64,000 bases of DNA. Origin: Acidobacteriota bacterium. GTDB taxonomy: Bacteria > Acidobacteriota > Vicinamibacteria > Vicinamibacterales > UBA2999. The position numbers and the translations under genes were made by a program. The DNA lies in NCBI GenBank assembly GCA_040754955.1, contig JBFMCA010000005.1, positions 24,523 through 88,522 of the forward strand, written 5' to 3'. Shown here in pieces: positions 20,868 through 30,506 of this stretch. Within the stretch, counting starts at the first letter, position 1. Each line of letters begins with the position of its first letter. Below the pieces are notes generated by a model, which was not told the origin of the DNA, made no database searches, and saw only the letters and a program-made list of their open reading frames with translations.

Positions 20868-22781
20868 CTACTCGTACACCGGCACCAGCCGGACGTAGAC
20901 GCCGAGAAAACGGTTGTCCCGCCCGCCGTACTCGAACATGGGCACGAACCCGCGCTCGGCGCTGATCGAGATGTCGTAGATGTAGTTGGTCGGGAACTCC
21001 GGGTAGGGCTTGTACGGCAACCCGGGCGGCATGGCCACCACCACGGCGCGCCGGTCGTGCGCCGGCACCTCGACCACCTGGGTCTCGGCTCCGGTCCTGA
21101 TGGTCACGCGATTCGGCACGAGACCGGTCTCCAGATGCACCTCGAGCCACTTGATGACGACGGGCCGCAGCACCTCACGGCCGTCGCTGGTCTCGGGCCG
21201 CGACGGCGCGCGAAGCAGGATGTCGGCGCGCGACGCGCCGCGCACCCAGAACGCCGTGCCTTCACGGTCGTACACGTTGTCGTCGAGGAAGTACCCGAGC
21301 ATCGGCGGCGTGCCGCCGAGCGGCTGACGGGCCCGCGCGGGCTCGGTATTGACCGGCAAGTCGTTGACGAGCGAGCGCTCCGGCGGAAACCAGCGGAACG
21401 GGGCGCCCTTGGTGTGGTCAGCCGGCTTGAACGACGCGGCAAACGGGTTGAGGATGAGCTGCATCGTGAACGCACCGCCCACCCCCATCGCCACGAGTCC
21501 CGCGAGCGGGCTCCCCAGCGGCGGCGCGAGGAAGAGGAACACGGGATAGGTCCCCAGGAAGTACCGGTTGCCGACGGGCCCTCCGCCACCGGAGTAGGTG
21601 TACGGCATGTAGAGAACGAGCAGGATCGCGGACCCGACCGCCGCCGCGCACGTGAACCACTGCCAGAGGGGCCTCCCGCGCGCGATCAAGAACAGGACGA
21701 GCGCGAGGAACCCCGGGAAGTAGTAGAGCGCGAACCCCGTGTGCCGGCCGACGAAGAACGCGAAGAGATTGTGGCGAAAGACGTCGCCGACGGCATCGGC
21801 CGTTGTGAGCACCTTGAGCGGCACCTCGTTGGTGGCGCGTCCCACGCCGACGCGGTCGAAGGTATGCCACTCGGTGTAGAAGGGAAAGCCGCCGGAGCCG
21901 GCATAGAAGGTCCGGCGGTCGCCGCCCTGGTAGTTCCACTCGCCGGTGATGGCGATGTTCCAGCCGAAGAGGCCGCCGACCACGGCGGCGAACACGGCGC
22001 CGACCACGACGGCCCTGGCCCACTGCCGCCGCGCGGCGAGCGTGGCGAGGAGCGGCAGGACGAGCAGGACATGGGTCGGCTTCGAGAACGTCGCGATGCC
22101 GAGCCACAGCGCCGCCACCACGTCCGAACGGGCACCCGACAGCCACGCCGACCGCACGGGCGCCACTTCCTTGTAGAGCCAGAAGAAATACCCGAACAGG
22201 ACGACGGCGGCGTTGAAGAAGTCGGGGGTCATCCACGCCATGTAGACAGGCGCGACCGACAGGAACAGGAACGCCCCGGCGAACAGGGCGGCGGCCACCG
22301 GCTCACCGCGCGCGGCGAGGAAGGCGTACGCGCACAGGAACGCGAAGGTCATCAGGACCGCGTGGAGCACCAGGAACCCGTTGGTGCCAAAGGCCCGGAC
22401 GAACGGCGCTGCGGCGAGCGGAAAGATGAACGACTTCCCGAAGTACAGCCGGCCGGCATCGGGGTCTTCGGCGCTCTCGAGCGCCACGAACGGGAAGCGG
22501 CCCGACAGCCCGACGCCGGTCACGTCCCGGCCGCGTTTCAGGAACAGCCCTTCCGGTCCGGCTGGATACTCGCGCCAGACGCGCATGAGGTCTTCGCGCC
22601 GGTACTCGAAGTCGAGGTCCTCCGCAAGCGAGTACGCCAGCATGTAGTACGTCGAGCCGTCGCTGAAGAACCCGGGCGTGGCGCGCGGCACGTCCACCGT
22701 GAGCGCCCACCCGAGGAGCACCACGCCCACTGCTGCCGTTGCCGTCGCGCCGAGACGCCGCGCCTCGCCAGGTTCGCTCAT
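20868..22781 (-). CDS. Polytopic membrane protein, GT-C-like glycosyltransferase candidate
   Basis: 637 aa from ATG 22781 (ATGA overlap with the GT4 stop). More than 10 predicted TM segments. Acidic first-loop motif (AEDLDFEY). About 200-aa soluble C-terminal domain. The fold call is inference. Confidence 0.5.
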   Translation of the reverse strand: MSEPGEARRLGATATAAVGVVLLGWALTVDVPRATPGFFSDGSTYYMLAYSLAEDLDFEYRREDLMRVWREYPAGPEGLFLKRGRDVTGVGLSGRFPFVALESAEDPDAGRLYFGKSFIFPLAAAPFVRAFGTNGFLVLHAVLMTFAFLCAYAFLAARGEPVAAALFAGAFLFLSVAPVYMAWMTPDFFNAAVVLFGYFFWLYKEVAPVRSAWLSGARSDVVAALWLGIATFSKPTHVLLVLPLLATLAARRQWARAVVVGAVFAAVVGGLFGWNIAITGEWNYQGGDRRTFYAGSGGFPFYTEWHTFDRVGVGRATNEVPLKVLTTADAVGDVFRHNLFAFFVGRHTGFALYYFPGFLALVLFLIARGRPLWQWFTCAAAVGSAILLVLYMPYTYSGGGGPVGNRYFLGTYPVFLFLAPPLGSPLAGLVAMGVGGAFTMQLILNPFAASFKPADHTKGAPFRWFPPERSLVNDLPVNTEPARARQPLGGTPPMLGYFLDDNVYDREGTAFWVRGASRADILLRAPSRPETSDGREVLRPVVIKWLEVHLETGLVPNRVTIRTGAETQVVEVPAHDRRAVVVAMPPGLPYKPYPEFPTNYIYDISISAERGFVPMFEYGGRDNRFLGVYVRLVPVYE

Positions 22782-23971
22782 CCGCGTTCGGTCAGGAATG
22801 ACAGGTCCGCCTTCAGGATACCCGCCCGCCGCGTCCGGCGCGACGTCTCGTGCAGAATCTCGTAGAGTCGCTCCATCTTGCGGACGAACGCACCAATGTC
22901 GTACCGCGCGCCCGTCGCGCGCGCCGCGTCCGACAGGCGCGCTGCCAGGGCGGCGTCGGCGATGAGGCCGTTGACCGCAGCCGCCACGCGCGCGGCATCG
23001 CGCCGCGGCACCATGAGGCAGTCGACGCCGTCGGTCAGGATATCGGCCAGCCCGTCGGCGTCGCTGGCGACGATGGGCTTCCCCATCGCGAGCGCCTCGA
23101 AGGCCGTGAGCGGCGTGCCTTCCCACAGGGACGGAAAGACCACGACATCGAGCGCGGCGAGCACGGCCGCCACATCCCGCTGGAAGCCGAGAAACACCAC
23201 GCGATCGCCGAGGCCCAGGTCGCGCACCTGCGCCTGGAGCGCCGGACCCAGCTCGCCCTCGCCGGCAATGTAGACGCGCGCCGCCGGATGCGCGGCCACG
23301 ATCGCCGGCGCCGCCGCGATGAGGTATTCGTTGCCCTTCGACGGCATCAGCCGCGTCACGGTGCCGACAGCGACCGTGTCTGCTGCGATGCCCAGCGCCT
23401 GCCGGGCCGCCGCCACCTCGTCCGCGGATCGGCGCCGGGCGAACTCGTCGAGCGGCGCGCCCAGATACACGGTCTTCGTCCGCTCGGCGGGCATGAGCCG
23501 CGCGCGGGTCGTGAACTCGGCGGTCGATCGGGACACCGCAAGGGCGAGGTCGGTGTGCGGCGCGAGCAGTCGATCCGCCACCTTCTGAAACCACGGCGTG
23601 TCGCCGTGATTGGCGTGCTCGTGCAGAATCGACGGAACGCCCATCCGCCACGCGCACAGCCGCCCGAACGTCGTCGCGCCATAGCCGTGCATGTGCAGCA
23701 CGTCGGCGTTTCGACCGCGGAGGACCTTGAGCAGCGCCGGAAAGGTCGCGGGGTCGAACCTGTGCCGCGCCAGGTACGTCACGTCGATCCCGAACTGCTC
23801 GAGGGTGTCCTCCGAGAGATCGCGCCGGCGGAGACTGATGAGCGACACGCGGAAGCGCGCCGCGTCGAAGCGCGGGATCATCCACGCGAAGAGCCGCTTG
23901 ACTCCGTGCATGCGCGAGCCTTCCCACCCGAGGTGGTCGCAGATGTGGACGACGTTCAGGGGGCGGCTCAC
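22778..23971 (-). CDS. Glycosyltransferase family 4
   Basis: 397 aa from GTG 23971 (GTGA overlap). Motif FPSLWEGTPLTAFEALAMGKPIV. Confidence 0.85.
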   Translation of the reverse strand: MSRPLNVVHICDHLGWEGSRMHGVKRLFAWMIPRFDAARFRVSLISLRRRDLSEDTLEQFGIDVTYLARHRFDPATFPALLKVLRGRNADVLHMHGYGATTFGRLCAWRMGVPSILHEHANHGDTPWFQKVADRLLAPHTDLALAVSRSTAEFTTRARLMPAERTKTVYLGAPLDEFARRRSADEVAAARQALGIAADTVAVGTVTRLMPSKGNEYLIAAAPAIVAAHPAARVYIAGEGELGPALQAQVRDLGLGDRVVFLGFQRDVAAVLAALDVVVFPSLWEGTPLTAFEALAMGKPIVASDADGLADILTDGVDCLMVPRRDAARVAAAVNGLIADAALAARLSDAARATGARYDIGAFVRKMERLYEILHETSRRTRRAGILKADLSFLTERG

Positions 23972-24960
23972 AGCAGGTTCTGCTCCCGGTACCACGCGAT
24001 CGTACGGCGGATGCCCTCCACGAGATCCACCGCCGGCGCGTACCCCAGCTCGGCGCGCGCCCGGGTGATGTCGAACGCGCGGCTCTTCGTGTAGAAATCC
24101 ACGCGGCGTCTGAAGAGGGGCGGCTCGACGCCGAGCGGCACGCAGACCATCTCGCACAGCAGGCCGGCCGTCCAGAACGGCCACACGGGCAGGTGCACCC
24201 GCGGCGGTCGCACGCCCAGCTCCTGCGCGATGAGCGCCGCGAGCTCGTTGAGGGTGGTGTACCGCGGGCCGGCGAGAATGTAGGTGCGTCCGGCGGCCGC
24301 CGCCACTTCGCCGCACAACCGGAAGCCCTCGACCAGGTCGTCGATGAAGGTCAGGTGATAGAACACCTCGCCCGAGCCGAGCATCGGAAACCGGCCCCGC
24401 GCGAGGCCGCGAAACAGCTTGAGAAACCGCAGGTCACCGGGCCCGTAGATGCCGATGGGCCTCGCGACGACCACCTCCAGTCCTTCGCGCTCGCCGAACG
24501 CGCGGGCAAGCCGCTCGGCCTCGAGCTTCGTCGCCTGGTAGATGTCGCCCGGATTGAACGGCGCGTCCTCGTTGGCTGGCGGCCGCGCGACGTGCCCGTG
24601 CACGCCGCCGGTGCTGCAGTGCACGACACGGCGCGCCCCCGCGTCGCGTGCGGCCTCGAGCACGTGGCGCGTGCCCTCGACGTTCGTCTCCCGGTACGCC
24701 GCGTCCTTCTGCCCGGCTTCGCGATAGGTGGCGGCGATGTGATAGACGAGCTCGACGCCGCGCGTCGCCTCGGCAACGGCCGCCGCGTCGCCCAGATCGC
24801 CAACCGCCTCCACGCAGCCCGCCCGGGCGGCATCCGTCGCCGCGAAGCGCGCGCGGCTCTGCCGCCGGACGAGGGCGCGGACCTCGTGCCCGCGCCGCGC
24901 CAGGGCGGCCGCCAGGCGTCCGCCGGTGAACCCGGTCGCGCCCGTGACCAGGATCTTCAC
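23968..24960 (-). CDS. NAD-dependent epimerase/dehydratase (SDR)
   Basis: 330 aa from GTG 24960 (GTGA overlap). VTGATGFTGGRL and YQATK motifs. Confidence 0.85.
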   Translation of the reverse strand: MKILVTGATGFTGGRLAAALARRGHEVRALVRRQSRARFAATDAARAGCVEAVGDLGDAAAVAEATRGVELVYHIAATYREAGQKDAAYRETNVEGTRHVLEAARDAGARRVVHCSTGGVHGHVARPPANEDAPFNPGDIYQATKLEAERLARAFGEREGLEVVVARPIGIYGPGDLRFLKLFRGLARGRFPMLGSGEVFYHLTFIDDLVEGFRLCGEVAAAAGRTYILAGPRYTTLNELAALIAQELGVRPPRVHLPVWPFWTAGLLCEMVCVPLGVEPPLFRRRVDFYTKSRAFDITRARAELGYAPAVDLVEGIRRTIAWYREQNLL

Positions 24961-26186
24961 CGGCGAGCCAGCTCCGGCGCGCCGACGTCGGGCGTGGCCG
25001 GCACCAGGCGCGCGTACGCCTCGGCGGTCCGGCGCAGGAAACGCTCGCGGCTGTACCGTTCCTCCGCCAGCGCGCGCGCGGCGGCCGCCAGACGGGCCCG
25101 CTCCGCCGGGGCGTCGATGAGCCGCGCCACCGCCTCCGCGAGCCGCGCCGGCTCCGGCGGCACCAGCGCCGCCACCTCCGGCGTCAGCACCTGCGTGTGC
25201 GTGAGCAGGTCGGTGGCGACAATCGGCCGGCCCGATCGCAGGTACGAGTAGATCTTGAGCGGCGTGTTCGTGCCGCGGATGCGCGGTGACACCAGGATGT
25301 CGCACGCCGCCACGAACGCCGGGATCTCGCGTGCAGGCTGCTGCCCGGTGAAGATGGTCACGCGGTCGGCTCCAACCCGCGCCGCGTGCGCCCGCATCGC
25401 CTCCACCTGGGCCGGCTCGCCTCCGACAACGAGGATGCGCGCGGCCGGGTGCGTGCTCGCCAGCCGCGCCGCCGCATCGACCAGCAGCTCCACGCCCTGG
25501 TAGGCCTCGAACGTCCCGGTGTAGAGCACCAGCGGCGCGTCCGCAGGCACGCCCCAGCGCTCGCGCACCGCGCCGGGCGTCAGCGATGGGGCGTCCTCGA
25601 CATCGCCGCCCATCACGTTCTCGATGAGCAGCGCGCGATCGCCCGCGCCCATCCCGATCACGGTGTCCTGCAGCTCCTGGCAGATCGTGATCACCACGCG
25701 CGACCGGTGCACCATCTGGCCTTCGGCCCACTCGAACAGCCGTCGCAGCCATCCCGACCGGCTGTACTTGAAGTTGCCCAGCTGCTGCGGGAGGCTCGAG
25801 TGCATGTCGTAGAGGTGCGGCACGCCCAGCAGGCGGGCCAGCCACACGCCGACCAGGCCCATCTCCTCGTGCGAGTGAATCGCGTCGTAGCGCTCGGCGA
25901 GCACGCGGCGCGCGATGGTCAGCAGCATGAGCCCGTCGAGCACCACCTTCGTCATCGACGGCCCGATGCGTACCCTGGTCACGAACGGGGGCCGGAGCGA
26001 CCGGAAGGTCCGCAGGTTCGGCAGCTCGACGTCGCGCCCGATCGGGTAGGTGACGAGATCGACGTGGTGCCCCAGCTCACCGAGCGCCTTGATTCGATGG
26101 TACTCGCTGAACGGCGTGCCCCGCGGCTCGAAGAACGGCTCGGGAGCGAGCATCAGGATGCGGAGGGCGCGAGAGGGCTCTGGCAC
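24957..26186 (-). CDS. Glycosyltransferase family 4
   Basis: 409 aa with GTG start. GT-B pattern (ILMLAPEPFFEPRGTP...; C-terminal sugar-donor domain). Confidence 0.8.
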   Translation of the reverse strand: MPEPSRALRILMLAPEPFFEPRGTPFSEYHRIKALGELGHHVDLVTYPIGRDVELPNLRTFRSLRPPFVTRVRIGPSMTKVVLDGLMLLTIARRVLAERYDAIHSHEEMGLVGVWLARLLGVPHLYDMHSSLPQQLGNFKYSRSGWLRRLFEWAEGQMVHRSRVVITICQELQDTVIGMGAGDRALLIENVMGGDVEDAPSLTPGAVRERWGVPADAPLVLYTGTFEAYQGVELLVDAAARLASTHPAARILVVGGEPAQVEAMRAHAARVGADRVTIFTGQQPAREIPAFVAACDILVSPRIRGTNTPLKIYSYLRSGRPIVATDLLTHTQVLTPEVAALVPPEPARLAEAVARLIDAPAERARLAAAARALAEERYSRERFLRRTAEAYARLVPATPDVGAPELARR

Positions 26187-26212
26187 GTGGACGCCGCGTC
26201 TCCAAACACGGC

Positions 26213-26220
26213 ATTATATC
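26213..26220. promoter_or_regulatory. Shared AT-rich box (cATTATATc) serving divergent -10 elements
   Basis: The minus strand reads TATAAT, followed about 26 nt later by GGAGA and GTG 26186. The plus strand reads TTATAT 7 nt before ATG 26227. Confidence 0.4.
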
Positions 26221-26226
26221 GTGCTG

Positions 26227-27204
26227 ATGCTCGACGGCGTCTCTCCCCGCGCGAAGTCGCTCGCGATCTTCACCCTCAAGCTGGCGGTGTCCGCGGTCAT
26301 CCTCGCCCTCGTCCTGCGCGGCACCGACCTCGAACGACTGATCAGCCGGCTGGAGAGCCTCAACCCGGTGTGGCTCGTGGGGGCGATCGGCGCCTATCTG
26401 GCCATGATGGCCGTCAGCACCTGGCGTTGGCGTGTCCTCCTGCACGCCCAGCATGTCGACCTCCCCTTCCGCACGCTGTGGTCGTCGTTCTGGGTGGCCG
26501 TCTTCTTCAACAACTTCCTGCCCAGCAACATCGGCGGCGACGTCGTCCGCATCGCCGATACCGCGCGGCGGGCCGGGTCGAAGACGCTGGCAACCACCAT
26601 CGTGCTCATCGATCGCGGCCTCGGCCTGGTCGCGCTCTGCTTCATCGCGTCGATCGGATCGCTGGCGGCGACGCGCAGCGGCCTGCACGTGCCCGGCGAG
26701 CGCTGGATCTGGATCGCCGGCGCCGCCGGCGCCGCCGGGCTGGCGCCCATCCTGACGGCGCCCGGACGCGCCGGCCACCTGCTCTCGCCGCTCAGGCCTC
26801 TCGAGCACCAGTGGATTCGCGAGCGCGTGGCACGCCTCGACGACGCGCTGGCGCGCTTCGGCGCGCGGCGGTCCGCGCTGGTCGAAGCCCTCGCGGGCGC
26901 CCTCGTCGTCCAGGCCGGCATCGTCGCCTTCTACCTGCTGACGGCGAGGGCCCTCGACATCCCGCTGGCGCTCGAGGCGGCCGCCATCCTCGTGCCCATC
27001 AGCCTCGTGGTGCAGATGGCCCCCATCGCCATCAACGGCTTCGGGGTTCGTGAGGCCGTGTTCATCTGGTTCTTCGCCCGTTTCGGCCTCACGGCCGAGG
27101 CGGCCGTCGCGCTGTCCCTGACCGCCGCGGGACTCATGATGGCCCTGTCCCTGCTGGGCGGGGTGGCCTTTCTCACGCGCTCCGACCGGCCTGCGACGGT
27201 GTAA
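26227..27204 (+). CDS. UPF0104 / lysyl-PG-synthase-TM-type (flippase-like) membrane protein
   Basis: 325 aa from an internal ATG. Hallmark stretch WRWRVLL...FFNNFLPSNIGGDVVRI...IDRGLGL. Confidence 0.8.
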   Translation: MLDGVSPRAKSLAIFTLKLAVSAVILALVLRGTDLERLISRLESLNPVWLVGAIGAYLAMMAVSTWRWRVLLHAQHVDLPFRTLWSSFWVAVFFNNFLPSNIGGDVVRIADTARRAGSKTLATTIVLIDRGLGLVALCFIASIGSLAATRSGLHVPGERWIWIAGAAGAAGLAPILTAPGRAGHLLSPLRPLEHQWIRERVARLDDALARFGARRSALVEALAGALVVQAGIVAFYLLTARALDIPLALEAAAILVPISLVVQMAPIAINGFGVREAVFIWFFARFGLTAEAAVALSLTAAGLMMALSLLGGVAFLTRSDRPATV

Positions 27205-27260
27205 AGTCCCGGGCAACCCCGCCCGATAGAACGAGGACGACCCCCGCGGAGCCTCGTGCC

Positions 27261-28493
27261 ATGTCCAGATTCACGTTGCTGCAGCGGCGACTCGCCGCCA
27301 TCGGGCTGGCGCTCCTGGCGGTGCCCGGCTGCGAGCGCCTCAAGAGCGCCAATCCCCTGAGCCCTGACGTGGCAGGTCCGATTCCAGGGGTCCAGATTAC
27401 GGCCCCGAAGACCCTGGAGCCGCCCAACAACGCGCTCATCGACAATCGCTCGCAGCCCGTTCAGCTCCTCATCGAGAACGCCGGCACGTCGGGTCAGCGT
27501 CCGCTCTTCCTGCAGCTCGAGCTGGCGGCCGACGTCAACTTCCAGCAGATTCTGCACCAGGCCGATCGCCTGCCCCCCGGCGACAACGGCCGGACCACCT
27601 ACCGCATGCCTTCGCCCCTCGCGGCCGGGCATACCTATTTCTGGCGGGTGCGGGCGGCAGACGGCGCCAACACGGGCCCGTACTCCGCCGCCGCGAGCTT
27701 CCACGTGCTCGAACCCGTCGTCCTCGAAACGCCGACGCCGCTCGAACCGACGGGCACGACGACGACGAACCGCCCCGTGTTCCGGGTCCGGAACGGCTCG
27801 GTCAGCGGCCCGGCGGAAGGCGTCGTCTATCGTGTCGAGCTGGCCGACCGCCCCGACCCGGCGGCCATCAGCAGCACGGCCACCGTCACACCAGGCTCGG
27901 ACGGCACCACGACCTTCTCGATGGGCGACCTCGCGTGGAACACGACCTACTACTGGCGCGTGTTCTCGATGACGGGCGATGGGTCGGTCAGAAGCGCCTA
28001 CTCCATGCCGGCGAGTTTCAGAACCCCTCCGGCGCCGGCCCCCACACCGTCGCCCACACCCTCGCCCACGCCGATTCCGCCGACAGCACCCGGCACGCGC
28101 ACGCCCGATCCGCCACCCGGCCAGCGGCTGCCGCTGCCCAACATGTCGCACGTGGTTCAGCAGGTAGCCGCGCAGTATCCCGCGGCACTCCGGAACTCGT
28201 GCCAGGACCACGGCGGCACGTGGGAGTTCATGGACCGCCTCGTCGACACGCTGCGCACCTACGACACCCGGTGGGGCTATAACTGGAAGCGTGGCAACGT
28301 CGGCGACCCATCGCTCGACGTCGTGGCCTACCACTTCGGCTCGGGGCCGGATGAGGGCTCGATCGACGTCTACATCATCGACGTCATCGGCGGACACTGC
28401 GGGCCGAGCCCGGCGCCAAGCTGGAACGATGTGACCGAGGCGACACGGCTCGGCGGGTCGATCGGCCGGTGGACGGGGCGGGGACGGTTTTGA
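27261..28493 (+). CDS. Hypothetical lipoprotein: two FN3-like modules, Pro-rich linker, Cys-containing C-terminal domain
   Basis: 410 aa. Signal peptide ends LAVPGC. Modules end in TYFWRVRA...ASFHV and TYYWRVFS...ASFRT. Linker is PAPAPTPSPTPSPTP. The C-terminal domain is shared with 29532-30422. Confidence 0.6.
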   Translation: MSRFTLLQRRLAAIGLALLAVPGCERLKSANPLSPDVAGPIPGVQITAPKTLEPPNNALIDNRSQPVQLLIENAGTSGQRPLFLQLELAADVNFQQILHQADRLPPGDNGRTTYRMPSPLAAGHTYFWRVRAADGANTGPYSAAASFHVLEPVVLETPTPLEPTGTTTTNRPVFRVRNGSVSGPAEGVVYRVELADRPDPAAISSTATVTPGSDGTTTFSMGDLAWNTTYYWRVFSMTGDGSVRSAYSMPASFRTPPAPAPTPSPTPSPTPIPPTAPGTRTPDPPPGQRLPLPNMSHVVQQVAAQYPAALRNSCQDHGGTWEFMDRLVDTLRTYDTRWGYNWKRGNVGDPSLDVVAYHFGSGPDEGSIDVYIIDVIGGHCGPSPAPSWNDVTEATRLGGSIGRWTGRGRF

Positions 28494-28497
28494 CGGC

Positions 28498-28552
28498 GGC
28501 GTGGGGCGTGGAGCGTGACAGGGGGGCAACCCCGAGCCGCAGGCCCCACGCC
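28498..28552. terminator. Inverted repeat between convergent genes (GGCGTGGGGC ... GCCCCACGCC)
   Basis: 10-bp arms with a 35-nt loop and no U-tract. Confidence 0.3.
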
Positions 28553-28563
28553 TCGCGCTTCCC

Positions 28564-29322
28564 TCAGAACCTCACGCGCAGGCCGGCGCCGACCTGGAAG
28601 CCGCCGACGTCGGTGGAGACGGCGCGGTTGATGAGATCCACGTCGGTGGACGCGCCGGCGTAACGGAGGAACAGACCCGCGCCCATCGACGCGGCGTCCC
28701 CCTCAACGAACAGATAGCTGATGTCGGCGCCGATGTGACCGCCCCACGCGGTTCGCTTGCGCTCGACGCCGGTGGCCGCGGCGTTCACGCTGCTGAACGG
28801 GGCGCCGGCTTCGCTGACGGTGACCTCGCCCACGACGTCCTGGGTCAGCCGAAACGCGGTCGGGCCGGCGAAGATCCGCACGTCGAGTTTGTCCATGACG
28901 GGGAGCGAGTAGCCCACCGAGAGGTGCACGCCGAGCTCGGTGCGATCGAGCCCGTCGGCGGCGACCGCAAAGGACCGCGGGCGCGAGAAGAAGATCGGAT
29001 GCGGCACGCTGCCACCAACGGCCGCGGTGCTGGACGAACTCATCCGGTGCACCCCGATGCCGACGCTGACGCGTTCCATGACGAAGTAGCCGGCCGAGAA
29101 GTCGATCAGCGCTCCCGAGTCGACGCCGTGGGTGATGGAGATCCGTTCGGTCTCGTCGAAGCGGGTCCGCTCGATGTTGTCGTTGAAATCGCCCGACGTC
29201 GGCTGATACCCGCCGTTCACGCCTATGAACCCACGCGCCGGCGCGCCCGACTGCGCGAAGGCCGTCGCCGCCATTCCCAAGACCAGGCCGCACGCGGCCA
29301 GCGCTCCTACCGTGTGTCGCAT
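28564..29322 (-). CDS. Small outer-membrane beta-barrel protein
   Basis: 252 aa from ATG 29322 (MRHTVGALAACGLVLGMAATAFAQ signal). Alternating strands. C-terminal GAGLRVRF. Confidence 0.6.
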   Translation of the reverse strand: MRHTVGALAACGLVLGMAATAFAQSGAPARGFIGVNGGYQPTSGDFNDNIERTRFDETERISITHGVDSGALIDFSAGYFVMERVSVGIGVHRMSSSSTAAVGGSVPHPIFFSRPRSFAVAADGLDRTELGVHLSVGYSLPVMDKLDVRIFAGPTAFRLTQDVVGEVTVSEAGAPFSSVNAAATGVERKRTAWGGHIGADISYLFVEGDAASMGAGLFLRYAGASTDVDLINRAVSTDVGGFQVGAGLRVRF

Positions 29323-29531
29323 TATGTGTCTCTGCTCCGTGACATGGCTCAGCCGAAAGCCGCACGATGGTAGCATGCGTCTGCGATGGCCGGCGGGGTA
29401 ATCTTCGTTGCTTTTGTTCACTTTCCGGCCGTTGCAGGATGGGCGAGCTGGGATATCATGAGCGGCCAGGTGGCCGGTAGGGCCTCTGCCCTCACCGCGA
29501 CAGACGCGCCATCCGGAATGAGGACGTCGGC

Positions 29532-30422
29532 ATGACCCGTAGTGTTTCGATCGCGTCGGTGACCGGGCTGGCTGCGATCATCGTCGCCTGCAGTGGCACA
29601 CCGCAGACTCCGCTCTCTCCGTCGACCGGGATGCCGGACGGCCTCGCGAGCAGCCATGGTGCCGGGCTGAAAGCGGCGCCACCCGGAACCGTCTCCCCGT
29701 CGGGAGGCGCGACCATCGAGGGGCTGCGCCCGACGTTCAGTTGGACTCCGGCGAGTGGGCGACACGCTCAGCTGTCGGGACTCACCTACCGGCTGCTGGT
29801 GATGAACGCGGCGGGTGACCCCGTGGCGGAGCGCACGACCACGGGCACGAGCCTCGAGGCCGACAGCGATCTCGCCTACGCCACGACCTACTCCTGGCAG
29901 GTGCGCGCCGAGCTCGAGGGGCAGGCAACGGACTGGTCAGGCACGGCGACGTTCCGCACGCCGGATCCGCCGCCGCCGCCAACGCCGCCGGCCGGTGTCC
30001 TCCCTTTCGTGGTGCCCGCGTCGTGCGGCCCGCGGTCCCCGGCCACGGGGGATCGGTCGCAGTGCGCGGTTGACGTGGCGGCCGTGTCGCCCGCCTGGCC
30101 GGCGTGTCGCGCGGGCTCCGGCACCAACTGCCACCGCTACGCGCGCCATCTCGCGGCGGCGCTGGCGACGGGCGACCCCAAGTGGGGCCTCATCACCAAG
30201 AACCCCGGCGAACAGCAGTGCTCATGGGACGCGTGCGGCCGCTCAGTGTCTGGCGGCTACGGTGAGGACGTCGTCGCCTACCGTCATGGGCCCACCGACT
30301 TCGACTGGGAGGGCTGGGACGTGGTCCTCGGCGCGGGCGGGCCGGGCGCGAACGTCAACTGGACGCGGCTCTCGTCGCGGCGTCCCGGCAACAACTGGGC
30401 GCCCGTGCCGCCGTTCCCCTAG
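29532..30422 (+). CDS. Hypothetical lipoprotein, paralog of 27261-28493 (one FN3-like module plus the same C-terminal domain)
   Basis: 296 aa. Lipobox IIVAC. Module TYSWQVRA...ATFRT. Linker PDPPPPPTPP. The C-terminal domain shares the W-G, DVVAY and G-G-x-G-P landmarks. Confidence 0.6.
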   Translation: MTRSVSIASVTGLAAIIVACSGTPQTPLSPSTGMPDGLASSHGAGLKAAPPGTVSPSGGATIEGLRPTFSWTPASGRHAQLSGLTYRLLVMNAAGDPVAERTTTGTSLEADSDLAYATTYSWQVRAELEGQATDWSGTATFRTPDPPPPPTPPAGVLPFVVPASCGPRSPATGDRSQCAVDVAAVSPAWPACRAGSGTNCHRYARHLAAALATGDPKWGLITKNPGEQQCSWDACGRSVSGGYGEDVVAYRHGPTDFDWEGWDVVLGAGGPGANVNWTRLSSRRPGNNWAPVPPFP

Positions 30423-30452
30423 AGCCGGCACGCGCGCCTGCCGGCCGCATCT

Positions 30453-30485
30453 GGCGGCGGCTTCGGCACGCCCGGGGCCGCCGCC
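30453..30485 (+). terminator. Hairpin GGCGGCGGC-N15-GCCGCCGCC after the lipoprotein gene
   Basis: Perfect 9-bp GC stem with a weak T tract (gcttcgtgt). Confidence 0.3.
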
Positions 30486-30493
30486 GCTTCGTG

Positions 30494-30499
30494 TACACT
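30494..30499 (+). promoter_or_regulatory. -10-like TACACT 7 nt upstream of GTG 30507
   Basis: No SD between the hexamer and the start. Confidence 0.3.
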
Positions 30500-30506
30500 C
30501 CTGCCG

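Noticed and set aside
27261-30422. The paralogous lipoproteins as diversity-generating-retroelement targets
   Set aside because: There is no reverse transcriptase and no template-repeat/variable-repeat pair. The paralogs are diverged along their whole length rather than at adenine-specific positions.
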